Source of the DNA: an uncultured SAR86 cluster bacterium
GTDB taxonomy: Bacteria; Pseudomonadota; Gammaproteobacteria; Magnimaribacterales; AG-339-G14
NCBI GenBank assembly: GCA_902540995.1
Contig: CACBOY010000005.1
Coordinates: 19,449 to 83,448, forward strand
Length of the DNA stretch: 64,000 nucleotides
Direction of reading: 5' to 3'
This document shows, piece after piece, positions 10,183 to 21,529 of the stretch. The notes below the pieces were generated by a model, which made no database searches, was not told the DNA's origin, and was given only the letters and a program-made list of their open reading frames with translations. The position numbers and the translations under genes are program-made. How positions within the stretch are numbered: position 1 is the first letter of the stretch; each line of letters begins with the position of its first letter.

Positions 10183-10776
10183 TCAAATCTTTTTTAAGAT
10201 CCCTAAAGTTTCATAAATACCAAGATCGACAAAATCTAATGATTTTTGGGCAGTAGAGTAAATTTCAAATGGCGGCCTACCTCCATCCTCCGGATTTGGA
10301 AAAACATCATGTATTATCAGCAATCCACCTGAACTTATTTTATCTTTCCAAGAATTATAATCACACATAGCAGCTTCGTAAGAATGGCCGCCATCTATAA
10401 AAAGGAGGCCAATTGATTCAGAAAATGTTTTAGACACTTCTTTGGAATTATTTATTACAGGAATTACATAATTAAATAAATTTGAAGATCTTATATTTTT
10501 TAAAAACTCAGGCAAAGTGTTGAACTTTTCTATTCTTTCGTCATAAAGATCTTCATCATGATATTCTTCTCCAAGCTGATGTTCTTCCGAACCCATATGA
10601 TGATCAACGGTATAAACAAGTCCATTTATTTTTTTGGCAACGTGAGCAAAATTTAAAGTTGATTTACCACAATAAGTTCCAATTTCTAAAACTGCCCCAA
10701 GGTGGTGGACATTTAGAAACAATTCTTGTAGTTTTTTAGCCTCTTTATCACTTAAAAAACCTTTTACGTCTAACAC
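10183..10776 (-). CDS. Class I SAM-dependent methyltransferase (Methyltransf_24-like)
   Basis: VLEIGTYCGKST, VDHHMGSEEH, LLFIDGGHSY, IHDVF; GTG start. Confidence 0.85.
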   Translation of the reverse strand: MLDVKGFLSDKEAKKLQELFLNVHHLGAVLEIGTYCGKSTLNFAHVAKKINGLVYTVDHHMGSEEHQLGEEYHDEDLYDERIEKFNTLPEFLKNIRSSNLFNYVIPVINNSKEVSKTFSESIGLLFIDGGHSYEAAMCDYNSWKDKISSGGLLIIHDVFPNPEDGGRPPFEIYSTAQKSLDFVDLGIYETLGILKKI

Positions 10777-10791
10777 TCAATAATAATATCA

Positions 10792-11712
10792 ATGGATAAA
10801 GCAAAAAGAAAAGAAGTTGAAATTTCTAAAGACAGTTTTTCTTACTTGCACGTAGCAGGTAAAAAACATGACAAAAATATATTTTTTTTTCATGCTACAG
10901 GTTTTAATGCCGAAACTTATATGCCTTTCTTTTTAAAACTTGGTGAACTTCTTGATAATCAATATTCGATTTTTGCCTTAGATCAAAGAGGTCATGGACT
11001 TTCTAAAGCATCTGCAATTCCATCAGAGCTAACCTCATGGCAAACCTATTTTGAAGATGGAAAAAATTTTACAAAGAAATTTTTATCATCAGAAAATATT
11101 TTAATGGGTCATTCAATGGGAGGAGTTGTAGCTGCAAGATTGGCCTATGATTTTGAAGACAAAATTGAAAAAAGTATTCTTATCGATCCTGTTCTTCAAC
11201 CACAAAGTTTAAAATTCCAAATCCCGTTCTTTAATATCTCTAATAAATCTTTTATCTCATTATTAAATTTTTTCAAAAAAAATCGTGCAAGCGAGATGAT
11301 CAATAATGCGAAAAAAAGAAGATCAGTTTTTTCTGATAAGGAAGAGATTTTTAAGCATTATCAAGGGAGAGGCGCCTTTACAAATTGGCCAGAAGAATCT
11401 CTAAAGGCTTATATAAATGGAGGTGTAATAGAAGAGGAAAATAAAATTAACTTAAGCTGTGCACCGGAGTGGGAGGCAAAAACTTTTGCAGTTTCATATG
11501 CCGCAAGAACAAATTTCATAAAAAAGTTAAGCAAACAAATATATGTTCCATTCGCATCTGAATCTTCAACACTCTCACCAGAAGTAAGAGATTTGCTTTC
11601 AGGAAACGCTAATTTTCTTTTTGAAAAAATAGATGGCAGCCACTTTTTTCCGATGGAAGAAAAGGATTTAATATGTAGCAAAATTTCTACTTTTATAAGG
11701 CAAAATGATTAA
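10792..11712 (+). CDS. Alpha/beta hydrolase (esterase/lipase-like)
   Basis: HATGF oxyanion region, DQRGHG, GHSMGG nucleophile elbow, SHFFPME catalytic His. Confidence 0.88.
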   Translation: MDKAKRKEVEISKDSFSYLHVAGKKHDKNIFFFHATGFNAETYMPFFLKLGELLDNQYSIFALDQRGHGLSKASAIPSELTSWQTYFEDGKNFTKKFLSSENILMGHSMGGVVAARLAYDFEDKIEKSILIDPVLQPQSLKFQIPFFNISNKSFISLLNFFKKNRASEMINNAKKRRSVFSDKEEIFKHYQGRGAFTNWPEESLKAYINGGVIEEENKINLSCAPEWEAKTFAVSYAARTNFIKKLSKQIYVPFASESSTLSPEVRDLLSGNANFLFEKIDGSHFFPMEEKDLICSKISTFIRQND

Positions 11713-12508
11713 AAGCACCACCATTGAAGACTTTAGAAATCATAAAAAGAAACAAACTAAATTTGCTTGTTTAACTGCATATGATGCATCTTTATCTACA
11801 TTAATGTCTAAAGCAGGGGTGGAGTTGATTTTAGTTGGAGACTCTTTGGGGATGGTTGTGCAAGGTCACGATTCTACAATACCCGTTTCTATGGAAGATC
11901 TTTTGTATCATCTTAGATGCGTTAAAAGAGGAAATTTAGGAAGTCACATAATGGCAGACATGCCATTTATGAGTTATGCAACAGAAAACCTTGCTTATGA
12001 CAATGCAATGCGCTTAATGCAAGCTGGAGCAAATTCTGTGAAAGTTGAAGGAGGCGAATGGATTCTAAAAACAACTGAACTTTTGTCTCAAAGAGGTATT
12101 CCAGTATGTGCCCATTTAGGTCTCACTCCTCAGTCAATCAATAGGCTGGGAGGATATTATGTGCAGGGCAGAGATCTTGAAGACAAAAATAGGATTTTGT
12201 CTGAGGCTAAGAAACTTGAAAATGCTGGAGCGGAAATTATTTTGTTGGAATGCGTACCTGCGAGTCTAGCAGAAGAGATATCGTCTAGTCTTAAAATTCC
12301 AACAATAGGAATTGGGGCAGGCTCAGCTACGGATGGTCAAATAATGGTTTGCTATGATGCAATTGGGGCTTACTCTTGGGATGATCAGCCTCAACCTAAA
12401 TTTGTAAAAAATTTCATGAATGAATCTAATTCAATTTTCGAAGCGTTTGAAAAATATGTTTTAGAAGTTAAAAGCTTGAAATTCCCATCTACTGATCATT
12501 CTTTTTAA
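11705..12508 (+). CDS. panB: 3-methyl-2-oxobutanoate hydroxymethyltransferase
   Basis: LTAYD, LVGDSLGMV, DMPFMSY, VKVEGG, HLGLTPQS, IGIGAG. Confidence 0.96.
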   Translation: MIKSTTIEDFRNHKKKQTKFACLTAYDASLSTLMSKAGVELILVGDSLGMVVQGHDSTIPVSMEDLLYHLRCVKRGNLGSHIMADMPFMSYATENLAYDNAMRLMQAGANSVKVEGGEWILKTTELLSQRGIPVCAHLGLTPQSINRLGGYYVQGRDLEDKNRILSEAKKLENAGAEIILLECVPASLAEEISSSLKIPTIGIGAGSATDGQIMVCYDAIGAYSWDDQPQPKFVKNFMNESNSIFEAFEKYVLEVKSLKFPSTDHSF

Positions 12509-12517
12509 AAAATTTAA

Positions 12518-13327
12518 ATGGAAATAATAAAGTCTAGCAGTGCACTAAACTCTATTCATTTTCAAAATCCTTTTGCTTTTGTTCCTACAATGGGAAATCT
12601 TCATGAAGGCCACTTATCTCTGATCAAATTTGCAAAGGAAAATTATTCTGAAGTTATCGCCTCAATTTTTGTAAATCCTTTGCAGTTTGGAAAAAATGAG
12701 GATTTTGCTAGCTATCCAAAAACTCTTGATAAAGATATTCAACTCTTGGAGGATTTGGAATGCAATTATCTGTTTGTGCCGGAACCAGATTTTGCAGAAA
12801 ATCTAGAAATCATTAATCCCAATTTCTCTGATGTTTTGTGTGGTTTATCTAGACCAACACATTTTCACGGAGTGCTAACCATAATTGATAAGTTCCTGAG
12901 ATTAATAAAACCCAATGCATGTTTATTTGGGCAAAAGGATTATCAACAACAATTAATTATTAGAGATTATGTGCATAGAAAAAAACTCAGAACAGATATT
13001 ATTTCCCGTCCAATCGTAAGAGAAAATTCAGGATTAGCAATGTCATCAAGAAATAATTATCTGTCAAAGGACGACAGGGAGTATTGCGGAAAGATTTATT
13101 CTTGTATTAAAAATACGGCAGAATCTTTTAAAACTTCTTCTGTAAAAATTGCGACAGAACAAGCAACTGATTTTTTACAAAACGCTGGTTTTGAAATGGA
13201 TTATTTAGAAATTCTTGATGCAGATAATCTCTCAGAAATAACTGAAAGAACAAATAAAATCTTGATAGCAGTTGCTGTAAATTACAAAAAAGTTAGACTG
13301 ATTGATAACATTCTTGTTTCTTTATAA
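12518..13327 (+). CDS. panC: Pantothenate synthetase
   Basis: VPTMGNLHEGH, FVNPLQF, FGQKDYQQ, GLAMSSRN, RLIDN. Confidence 0.96.
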   Translation: MEIIKSSSALNSIHFQNPFAFVPTMGNLHEGHLSLIKFAKENYSEVIASIFVNPLQFGKNEDFASYPKTLDKDIQLLEDLECNYLFVPEPDFAENLEIINPNFSDVLCGLSRPTHFHGVLTIIDKFLRLIKPNACLFGQKDYQQQLIIRDYVHRKKLRTDIISRPIVRENSGLAMSSRNNYLSKDDREYCGKIYSCIKNTAESFKTSSVKIATEQATDFLQNAGFEMDYLEILDADNLSEITERTNKILIAVAVNYKKVRLIDNILVSL

Positions 13328-14206
13328 CCATTCTTTTCTTAAAGCACTATCAGGATAGAAGCTTTTCTCACCTTCGGGTCGATTTTTAAACCTTCTATGG
13401 ATCCAAAAATATTCTGATTTATGATTTTCAGCAAAATTTTCTATAGCGTAGTTAACAATTTTAAGATCTTCTTCAATGCTTTCTCCCGTAAGCATTAATT
13501 GTTCTATATCAGCTGTATAGAAGTCACCTTCCTTTACAAGTGTTAATAAGAATACTTTGCAACTTGTTCTTTTTACTAATAGTGACGGAAAAATAACAGT
13601 CAAAGCTTTGTGATTGAAAAAATCTAAAAAGATAGATTTTTTATAACCATAATCTTGATCTGGTAAATATAAAACCGAATCTCCTTTGTTTAAAGCTTTA
13701 AGAAGCTTCCTTCCTTCGTTTGGCAGAAAAACTTCGTTAATAAATTTTTTTCTTCCCTCAGTCATAATCTTATCCCAAACTTTATTTTCTGCTGATCTCT
13801 GCATACCACTTACTTTCATAAATAGAGAAGGAGCTCTTACCACAAAATCAATATTTCCAGTATGTGGAACTAATATAAGATTTTTAGAATTTTTGATTGC
13901 TTCTATCTTTGTTTTCAATTCCTCTATATTTTTAATCCTTTTCAAATATTTCTTATCTGACCAAAAATAAGAGTTGCAGATCTCAAAAATACCTTGACCA
14001 AGTCTTGTAAAATTCTCTTTAGCAAGTTTGGTAATATCGTCTTGATTAAAATTTGGGAAACATTTGTATATGTTCCAAGTTACAACCTTTCTTCTTTTAG
14101 AGAGTAATTTGTACAAAATCTTTCCAAGTATTTTTCCAAGGAACATTTGAACTTTGAAAGGAATAAGGCTCAGAAGCCAGAGGAACGTTTTTAAGAGAAT
14201 TTCCAT
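13322..14206 (-). CDS. lpxL: Lipid A lauroyl/late acyltransferase (LpxL/HtrB family)
   Basis: HTGNID (HX4D), YLPDQDYG, YFWIHRRFKNRP; divergent from waaA. Start placed at ATG 14206 (ORF extends to 14245). Confidence 0.85.
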   Translation of the reverse strand: MEILLKTFLWLLSLIPFKVQMFLGKILGKILYKLLSKRRKVVTWNIYKCFPNFNQDDITKLAKENFTRLGQGIFEICNSYFWSDKKYLKRIKNIEELKTKIEAIKNSKNLILVPHTGNIDFVVRAPSLFMKVSGMQRSAENKVWDKIMTEGRKKFINEVFLPNEGRKLLKALNKGDSVLYLPDQDYGYKKSIFLDFFNHKALTVIFPSLLVKRTSCKVFLLTLVKEGDFYTADIEQLMLTGESIEEDLKIVNYAIENFAENHKSEYFWIHRRFKNRPEGEKSFYPDSALRKEWL

Positions 14207-14270
14207 TTTTAAGAAGATTATACTTTCAACGATTTGCTTATTCATAGCACAAATAAGAAAATCACCAATA

Positions 14271-15497
14271 ATGAGAGTTTATAATTTTTTCTTGATCATA
14301 CTCTTTCCTCTTATTTTTTTTAGGAGCTTATATAAATCCCTCAAGTTTGGCGAAAACCCAAAAAGGATAATGGAAAAATTTTCTATTTTTGGAGGGAAAA
14401 AAAGTTCTAAACCAATCATTCTGATTCATGCGGTTTCAGTAGGAGAAGTTCTCGCAAGTAGAAAATTTGTTGAGGAAATAAAAAAAAGATTTCCAGATCA
14501 TCAAACGTTGATTACTTGTACTACACAAACCGGTTCCGAGACAATCAAAAGGCTCTATGGTGATTCGGTATTACATCAATACATGCCTTTTGATTTGAAA
14601 TTCTGCATTAAAAGATTCCTTAAAAACTGGAAGCCAGAAATTACCTTCATTTTGGAGACGGAAATATGGCCTAACCTCATAAATCTTTTGCATGTACAAA
14701 AAAGAAAAGTTTTTCTAGTCAATGGCAGAATGTCGGAAAAATCTTTCAATAGATACAAATTAGTTATGCCAATTCTTGATAATGTTTTTTCTAAACTAGA
14801 TTTTACTATTTGCCAAGGAACTAAAGACTTAACAAGATTTATTGAGCTTGGCGTAAATAAAGACAAAGTAATAAGAGACTATTCTTTCAAGTTTGATTCT
14901 TTATCTATACCAAACGAAAGAGATAATTTTAAAAATAAAGAAAAAAAGTTAATAATTTGTGCAAGCACTCATGATCCCGAAGAAAAAATTTTGGTCAAAG
15001 CTTTTTCGATGTTAAACAACGAAAACGCTATTTTAGTTTTAGTTCCAAGACATCCTGAACGAGCATCTAAAATCGTCAAAGATATAAAAAAATCAGGCAT
15101 AAATCCCTCGCTGTTTTCAAAAAATAATTTAAAAATAGATTTGTCTAATACAATAAATTTAATTGATGAAATTGGATATCTTGAAGCCTTATTTTCTCAA
15201 GCTAGCATTGCATTTATTGGTGGAAGCTTGATTCCTCGTGGAGGTCAAAACTTTTTAGAGGCATTAAAGTTTTCACTCCCAATCTCTTCTGGTGAAAGTT
15301 TTTATAATTTTCAAGAAATTGCAGAAGACCTTATCGAAATGGATATTCTTAAAGTAGGTAATTCAGCAGAGAAGCTAAAGTTGATCTGGGAAGAACAATT
15401 AAATTCAGTTCCAAATCAAATTTATGAAAAAACGGACAATTATCTCAAACAAAGAATGGGATCATCTCAAAGGGCTTTTAAACATCTCTCTTTATAA
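14271..15497 (+). CDS. waaA: Kdo transferase
   Basis: HAVSVGE, ETEIWPN, ASTH, LVPRHPER, GGSLIPRGGQN; start moved to in-frame ATG 14271. Confidence 0.93.
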   Translation: MRVYNFFLIILFPLIFFRSLYKSLKFGENPKRIMEKFSIFGGKKSSKPIILIHAVSVGEVLASRKFVEEIKKRFPDHQTLITCTTQTGSETIKRLYGDSVLHQYMPFDLKFCIKRFLKNWKPEITFILETEIWPNLINLLHVQKRKVFLVNGRMSEKSFNRYKLVMPILDNVFSKLDFTICQGTKDLTRFIELGVNKDKVIRDYSFKFDSLSIPNERDNFKNKEKKLIICASTHDPEEKILVKAFSMLNNENAILVLVPRHPERASKIVKDIKKSGINPSLFSKNNLKIDLSNTINLIDEIGYLEALFSQASIAFIGGSLIPRGGQNFLEALKFSLPISSGESFYNFQEIAEDLIEMDILKVGNSAEKLKLIWEEQLNSVPNQIYEKTDNYLKQRMGSSQRAFKHLSL

Positions 15498-15568
15498 CTG
15501 ATATTTAGGTTTAAATATTAATTACCAAATTAAAAGTAATTATTTTTTTTTATAAGAAGGGTGTATGA

Positions 15569-17544
<1,976 letters not shown>

Positions 17545-17593
17545 CTTTATCTCCCTTTAAGTGCTAATTATCCTAAAATAAAACCAAAAAAAC

Positions 17594-18502
17594 ATGAAGA
17601 AAGCAATTTCTATTTTAGGACCCACGCATTGTGGAAAAACCGAACTTGCAATAGAAATTAATAAACACTTTCCAACAAAAATAATAAGCGTAGATTCTGT
17701 TCAGATATATAAAGGGGCAAATATTGGAAGTAGTAAACCTAATCAAAAGATTTTAGATAGCATTCATCATGGCTTAATAGATTATTTAGACCCAGAGGAT
17801 GACTTCTCGGTAAAAGATTTTCTCAATGAAATTTCAAATGAGTTTTGCGATTGCAAAGAAGATCTTTTATTTGTCGGAGGTACTATGATGTACTTTTATT
17901 CTCTATTCAATGGCATATCAAAATTGCCAGAAAAAAATATTCAATTCAGAGAAAAACTTGAAGAAGAAGCCAAAAATAAAGGATGGAAATATATGCACGA
18001 AAGACTTCGAGTAATAGATCCTGATGCAGCAAGGTCAATAAAAGATAGCGACTCACAAAGAATACTTAGAGCATTGGAAGTTAATCATTTATCCAAAAAT
18101 ACTTTTAGCAAGCTTAAAACAATGAAAGAAAAAAGTGTGATTGAGGATTATCAAAAATTCACTTTTGCGATTATTCCAAAAAACAAAAATACTTTTAAAA
18201 ATCAACTAAAAGAAAGATTCAGAAAAATGCTTGAATTAGGCCTCATCGAAGAAACGAAAACTATATTGGAACGCACTAGTGGAAAAAGGATAAAAGTCCT
18301 TGAGACGGTTGGTTATAAACAAGTGGTAGATTTCTTGAAAGATAAGATTTCTTTTGAAGAAATGATCGATTTAGCGACCAACGCTACCTATCAGCTTGCA
18401 AAAAGACAAATTACTTGGCTCAAAAAATTCGATCTTGATGAGACATTTTTTTCAGATGATGATGATAAGGTTATGAAGATTCTATCTATCATCAAAAATT
18501 GA
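17594..18502 (+). CDS. miaA: tRNA dimethylallyltransferase
   Basis: GPTHCGKT, SVDSVQIY, VGGTMMY, DSQRILRALEV, LAKRQITW. Confidence 0.94.
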   Translation: MKKAISILGPTHCGKTELAIEINKHFPTKIISVDSVQIYKGANIGSSKPNQKILDSIHHGLIDYLDPEDDFSVKDFLNEISNEFCDCKEDLLFVGGTMMYFYSLFNGISKLPEKNIQFREKLEEEAKNKGWKYMHERLRVIDPDAARSIKDSDSQRILRALEVNHLSKNTFSKLKTMKEKSVIEDYQKFTFAIIPKNKNTFKNQLKERFRKMLELGLIEETKTILERTSGKRIKVLETVGYKQVVDFLKDKISFEEMIDLATNATYQLAKRQITWLKKFDLDETFFSDDDDKVMKILSIIKN

Positions 18503-18503
18503 A

Positions 18504-18532
18504 TTCCATTATTGCAATTAACAACTTAGAAT
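18504..18532 (+). promoter_or_regulatory. Putative sigma70 promoter of hflK (possibly leaderless)
   Basis: TTCCAT (18504-18509), 17-nt spacer, TAGAAT (18527-18532), then 6 nt to the ATG. Confidence 0.4.
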
Positions 18533-18538
18533 GGCCAC

Positions 18539-19681
18539 ATGTCATGGAATGATCAAGGAAATAATAATGGCTCTAGAGATCCGTGGGGTAGAAACAATAA
18601 TCCTCCCCCTGATATTGATGAACTAATCAAAAAATTCAGAGCTCAAATTAATTCAATTTTTGGAGGCGGTTCTGGCAGTGGAGGCGGAGGTATTAAAAAA
18701 ATTCTACCTTCTATTTTAATTGCTGTAGTACTCTTATATTCAGCCTTTGGAATCTATACAGTTGATGCTCAAGAAGAGGCTGTCATTTTGAGATTCGGAA
18801 AATATTCAACTACCAAGGGACCTGGGATTCACTGGAATCCACCCTTTATCGATAATAGATTTATTGTAAACACCGAAAAACTATTCACACACACAACGAA
18901 TTCTTCAATGCTTACAAAAGATGAGAATATTGTTAACGTTGAGGTTGCAGTTCAATACAAAAGATCCAACCCGGTATTTTTTCTTCTTGAAGCATCGGCT
19001 CCTGAAGACAGTTTAGCTCAAGCTTCCGAAGCAGAACTAAGACATGTAGTGGGAAGCACTACTATGGATAGCACCTTGACTGTAGGTAGGGAGCAAATAG
19101 CCATGGATGTTAAGTCTAGATTACAAACCAGATTGGATACTTACAAAACCGGTATTGAAGTCGTAGCAGTATCAATTAGAGAATCAAGACCTCCTGATGC
19201 AGTAAAAGAAGCATTTGATGATGTAGTAAAAGCAAGAGAAGACGAAGTTAGGCTTAGAAACGAGGCTGAGACATATGCAAATGAGGTTGTACCTATAGCG
19301 AGAGGTGAAGCCAAAAGAGCCGTTGAAGATGCTGAAGGATACAAACAAAAAGTAATATCTGAAGCTGAAGGTGAAGCTTCAAGATTTGATCAACTACTAG
19401 TTGAATATTCAAAATCACCTGAAGTTACCAGACAAAGATTGTATTTAGATGCAGTTCAGTCTGTTATGAATAGCAGTACCAAGGTGATGATTGATGTCAA
19501 AGAGGGTAACAACATTCTCTATTTACCTCTAGACCAAATTGCAGCCGCTTCATTAGATCCTAACAGAAGATCTCGAGATGAAAACCCATCATCTACGACA
19601 TCTACTACCCTTGGGTCAGACATCCAAGCGATCACAGACCGAGTCATAGAAGAATTAAGAAGAAGACAGGATAGAAGGTAA
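18539..19681 (+). CDS. hflK: FtsH protease modulator HflK
   Basis: MSWN..DPWG..PPDIDE N-terminus; SPFH domain MLTKDENIV, AFDDV, PEVTRQRLYLD. Confidence 0.96.
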   Translation: MSWNDQGNNNGSRDPWGRNNNPPPDIDELIKKFRAQINSIFGGGSGSGGGGIKKILPSILIAVVLLYSAFGIYTVDAQEEAVILRFGKYSTTKGPGIHWNPPFIDNRFIVNTEKLFTHTTNSSMLTKDENIVNVEVAVQYKRSNPVFFLLEASAPEDSLAQASEAELRHVVGSTTMDSTLTVGREQIAMDVKSRLQTRLDTYKTGIEVVAVSIRESRPPDAVKEAFDDVVKAREDEVRLRNEAETYANEVVPIARGEAKRAVEDAEGYKQKVISEAEGEASRFDQLLVEYSKSPEVTRQRLYLDAVQSVMNSSTKVMIDVKEGNNILYLPLDQIAAASLDPNRRSRDENPSSTTSTTLGSDIQAITDRVIEELRRRQDRR

Positions 19682-19682
19682 C

Positions 19683-20567
19683 ATGAAGTCATTTAATCTA
19701 AATATAGGAATTATTGCTTTAATTATTATTGTAATTCTTAGCAATGCTATTTATATAGTAAATGACAAACAAACTGCAATTTTGCTGAGATTTGGTGAAA
19801 TTGTTGAACCTGAAATTAATCCGGGTCTGCACTTCAAAGTGCCTATCTATCATACAGTCAAAAAATTCGACTCAAGAGTTCTAACACTTGATGCACTCCC
19901 GCAACCTTATTTTACTGCTGAAAAAAAGAGACTTATTGTTGATGCTTTTGTTAAATGGCGCATCACAAATAATGAGCAGTTTTATATTACTTCATCTGGA
20001 GGGCAATTAAGTGCAATGAGAACCCTATTGACCCAAAGGGTGGATGAAGGTCTCAGGAACCAATTTGGTACTAGAACTGTCCAAGAAGTAGTTTCTGGCG
20101 AACGAGACGAATTAATGAATATTTTAACAACCGATCTAAATACCGTAGCAGGTGGTGAACTTGGAATTGAAGTTCTAGATGTAAGAGTTAAAAAAATTGA
20201 ATTACCAACAGAGGTGAATGAATCAGTTTATAACAGAATGAGAACTGAAAGAGAGAGATTAGCTCAAGAACTTCGTGCACAAGGTACAGAAATTGCAGAA
20301 GGTATTCGAGCAAATGCAGATCGTGAAAGAACAATTATTCTCGCCGAGGCTTATAGAAAAGCAGAAGAACTTAGAGGAAATGGTGATGCCAAAGCTACCG
20401 GTATTTATGCTAATGCCTATAACAAGGATCCAGAATTTTATGAATTCACTAGAAGTTTAAAAGCTTATCAATCTACTTTTGAAAATAAATCTGATGTACT
20501 TCTTATCGATCCAGACAGTGATTTTTTCAAGTACTTAGATAGTTCTAAAGGAAAAAAATCTGAATAA
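19683..20567 (+). CDS. hflC: FtsH protease modulator HflC
   Basis: PGLHFKVP, KKRLIVD, RMRTER, DPEFYEFTRSLKAY. Confidence 0.96.
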   Translation: MKSFNLNIGIIALIIIVILSNAIYIVNDKQTAILLRFGEIVEPEINPGLHFKVPIYHTVKKFDSRVLTLDALPQPYFTAEKKRLIVDAFVKWRITNNEQFYITSSGGQLSAMRTLLTQRVDEGLRNQFGTRTVQEVVSGERDELMNILTTDLNTVAGGELGIEVLDVRVKKIELPTEVNESVYNRMRTERERLAQELRAQGTEIAEGIRANADRERTIILAEAYRKAEELRGNGDAKATGIYANAYNKDPEFYEFTRSLKAYQSTFENKSDVLLIDPDSDFFKYLDSSKGKKSE

Positions 20568-20573
20568 TAAATA

Positions 20574-21527
20574 ATGTCTTCATCCAACTTAGGTCTTCCA
20601 GATGGAACGGAAGATTTTGTAGGTATTAAAGCCGAAGAGCTTGAAAATCTTCGCTCACTTTTTCTAGATTTTTTTTACAAAAAAAATTGCGAACTTGTTG
20701 TTCCCTCTCTCATTGAATTTTCTGAGATTATAGGCGGAAACTTTAACGAATCTCTTAGGGATTACGCTTACAGCTTTTCTGATGAAAATCTAAAAAATAT
20801 TTCAATAAGACCTGATATCTCTCAGCAAATAGCAAGGATAGATCTTCAACAAGGAAGCAAAGATAAAAAGAAATATTGTTACTTTGGTGAGACTCTTAGA
20901 AAAACCAAAGATTCATTAACAAAATCAAAAATTGCTTTCAAAACTGGCGTAGAAATCTTTGGAAAAATTTCAATAACAGATGAAATAGATCTAATAAAGC
21001 TTATGTTACTCAGCTTAAAAAAAGCTGGGAAATATAAAATGACTATTTCATTGGGCAGAACAGAACCTTTATCAGAAATCTTTAATGGTCTGGACTTGTC
21101 CTTAAATGAAAAGAGAAGATTAAAAAAAATCATTGCAACTAAGTCAAAAACAGATCTTGAAGAATTTTTCAATTCTAAAGGTTTGAGTACTAAAAGTTTA
21201 ACGGAGATAAAAAATCTAATAGAGGTCACCGGTAAAATTGAATGCCTCAAGTACTTAAAAAAACATAAAAATAAAGTTTTTCAAACTTCTGCGAGGAAAA
21301 TAGAAAAAATTATTAAAAATTTACCACCCTCAATTGATTACCATTTAGATTTTTCTGATTTTCCAGGGTTTGATTATCATTCCGGTTTAGTATTCTCAGT
21401 GCACGTTGTAGGATTTGGCTTTTCCATTGCAAAAGGTGGACAGTATAAAAGCATGCAAAATCATATTGTAAGAGAGGCAATTGGTTTCGATGTTAATGTT
21501 TCCTCTCTTACAAAGTTGAATAAATAA
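20574..21527 (+). CDS. hisZ: ATP phosphoribosyltransferase regulatory subunit HisZ (divergent)
   Basis: LPDGTED, IRPDISQQIARID, GVEIFG, FDYHSGLVF, GGQY; sits between hflC and purA. Confidence 0.82.
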   Translation: MSSSNLGLPDGTEDFVGIKAEELENLRSLFLDFFYKKNCELVVPSLIEFSEIIGGNFNESLRDYAYSFSDENLKNISIRPDISQQIARIDLQQGSKDKKKYCYFGETLRKTKDSLTKSKIAFKTGVEIFGKISITDEIDLIKLMLLSLKKAGKYKMTISLGRTEPLSEIFNGLDLSLNEKRRLKKIIATKSKTDLEEFFNSKGLSTKSLTEIKNLIEVTGKIECLKYLKKHKNKVFQTSARKIEKIIKNLPPSIDYHLDFSDFPGFDYHSGLVFSVHVVGFGFSIAKGGQYKSMQNHIVREAIGFDVNVSSLTKLNK

Positions 21528-21529
21528 AG

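Noticed and set aside
14154-14270. Apparent 5' overlap of lpxL and waaA, and long overlaps at scpA/scpB and aroA/cmk
   Set aside because: Artefacts of longest-ORF start choice; downstream in-frame starts remove or shrink them.
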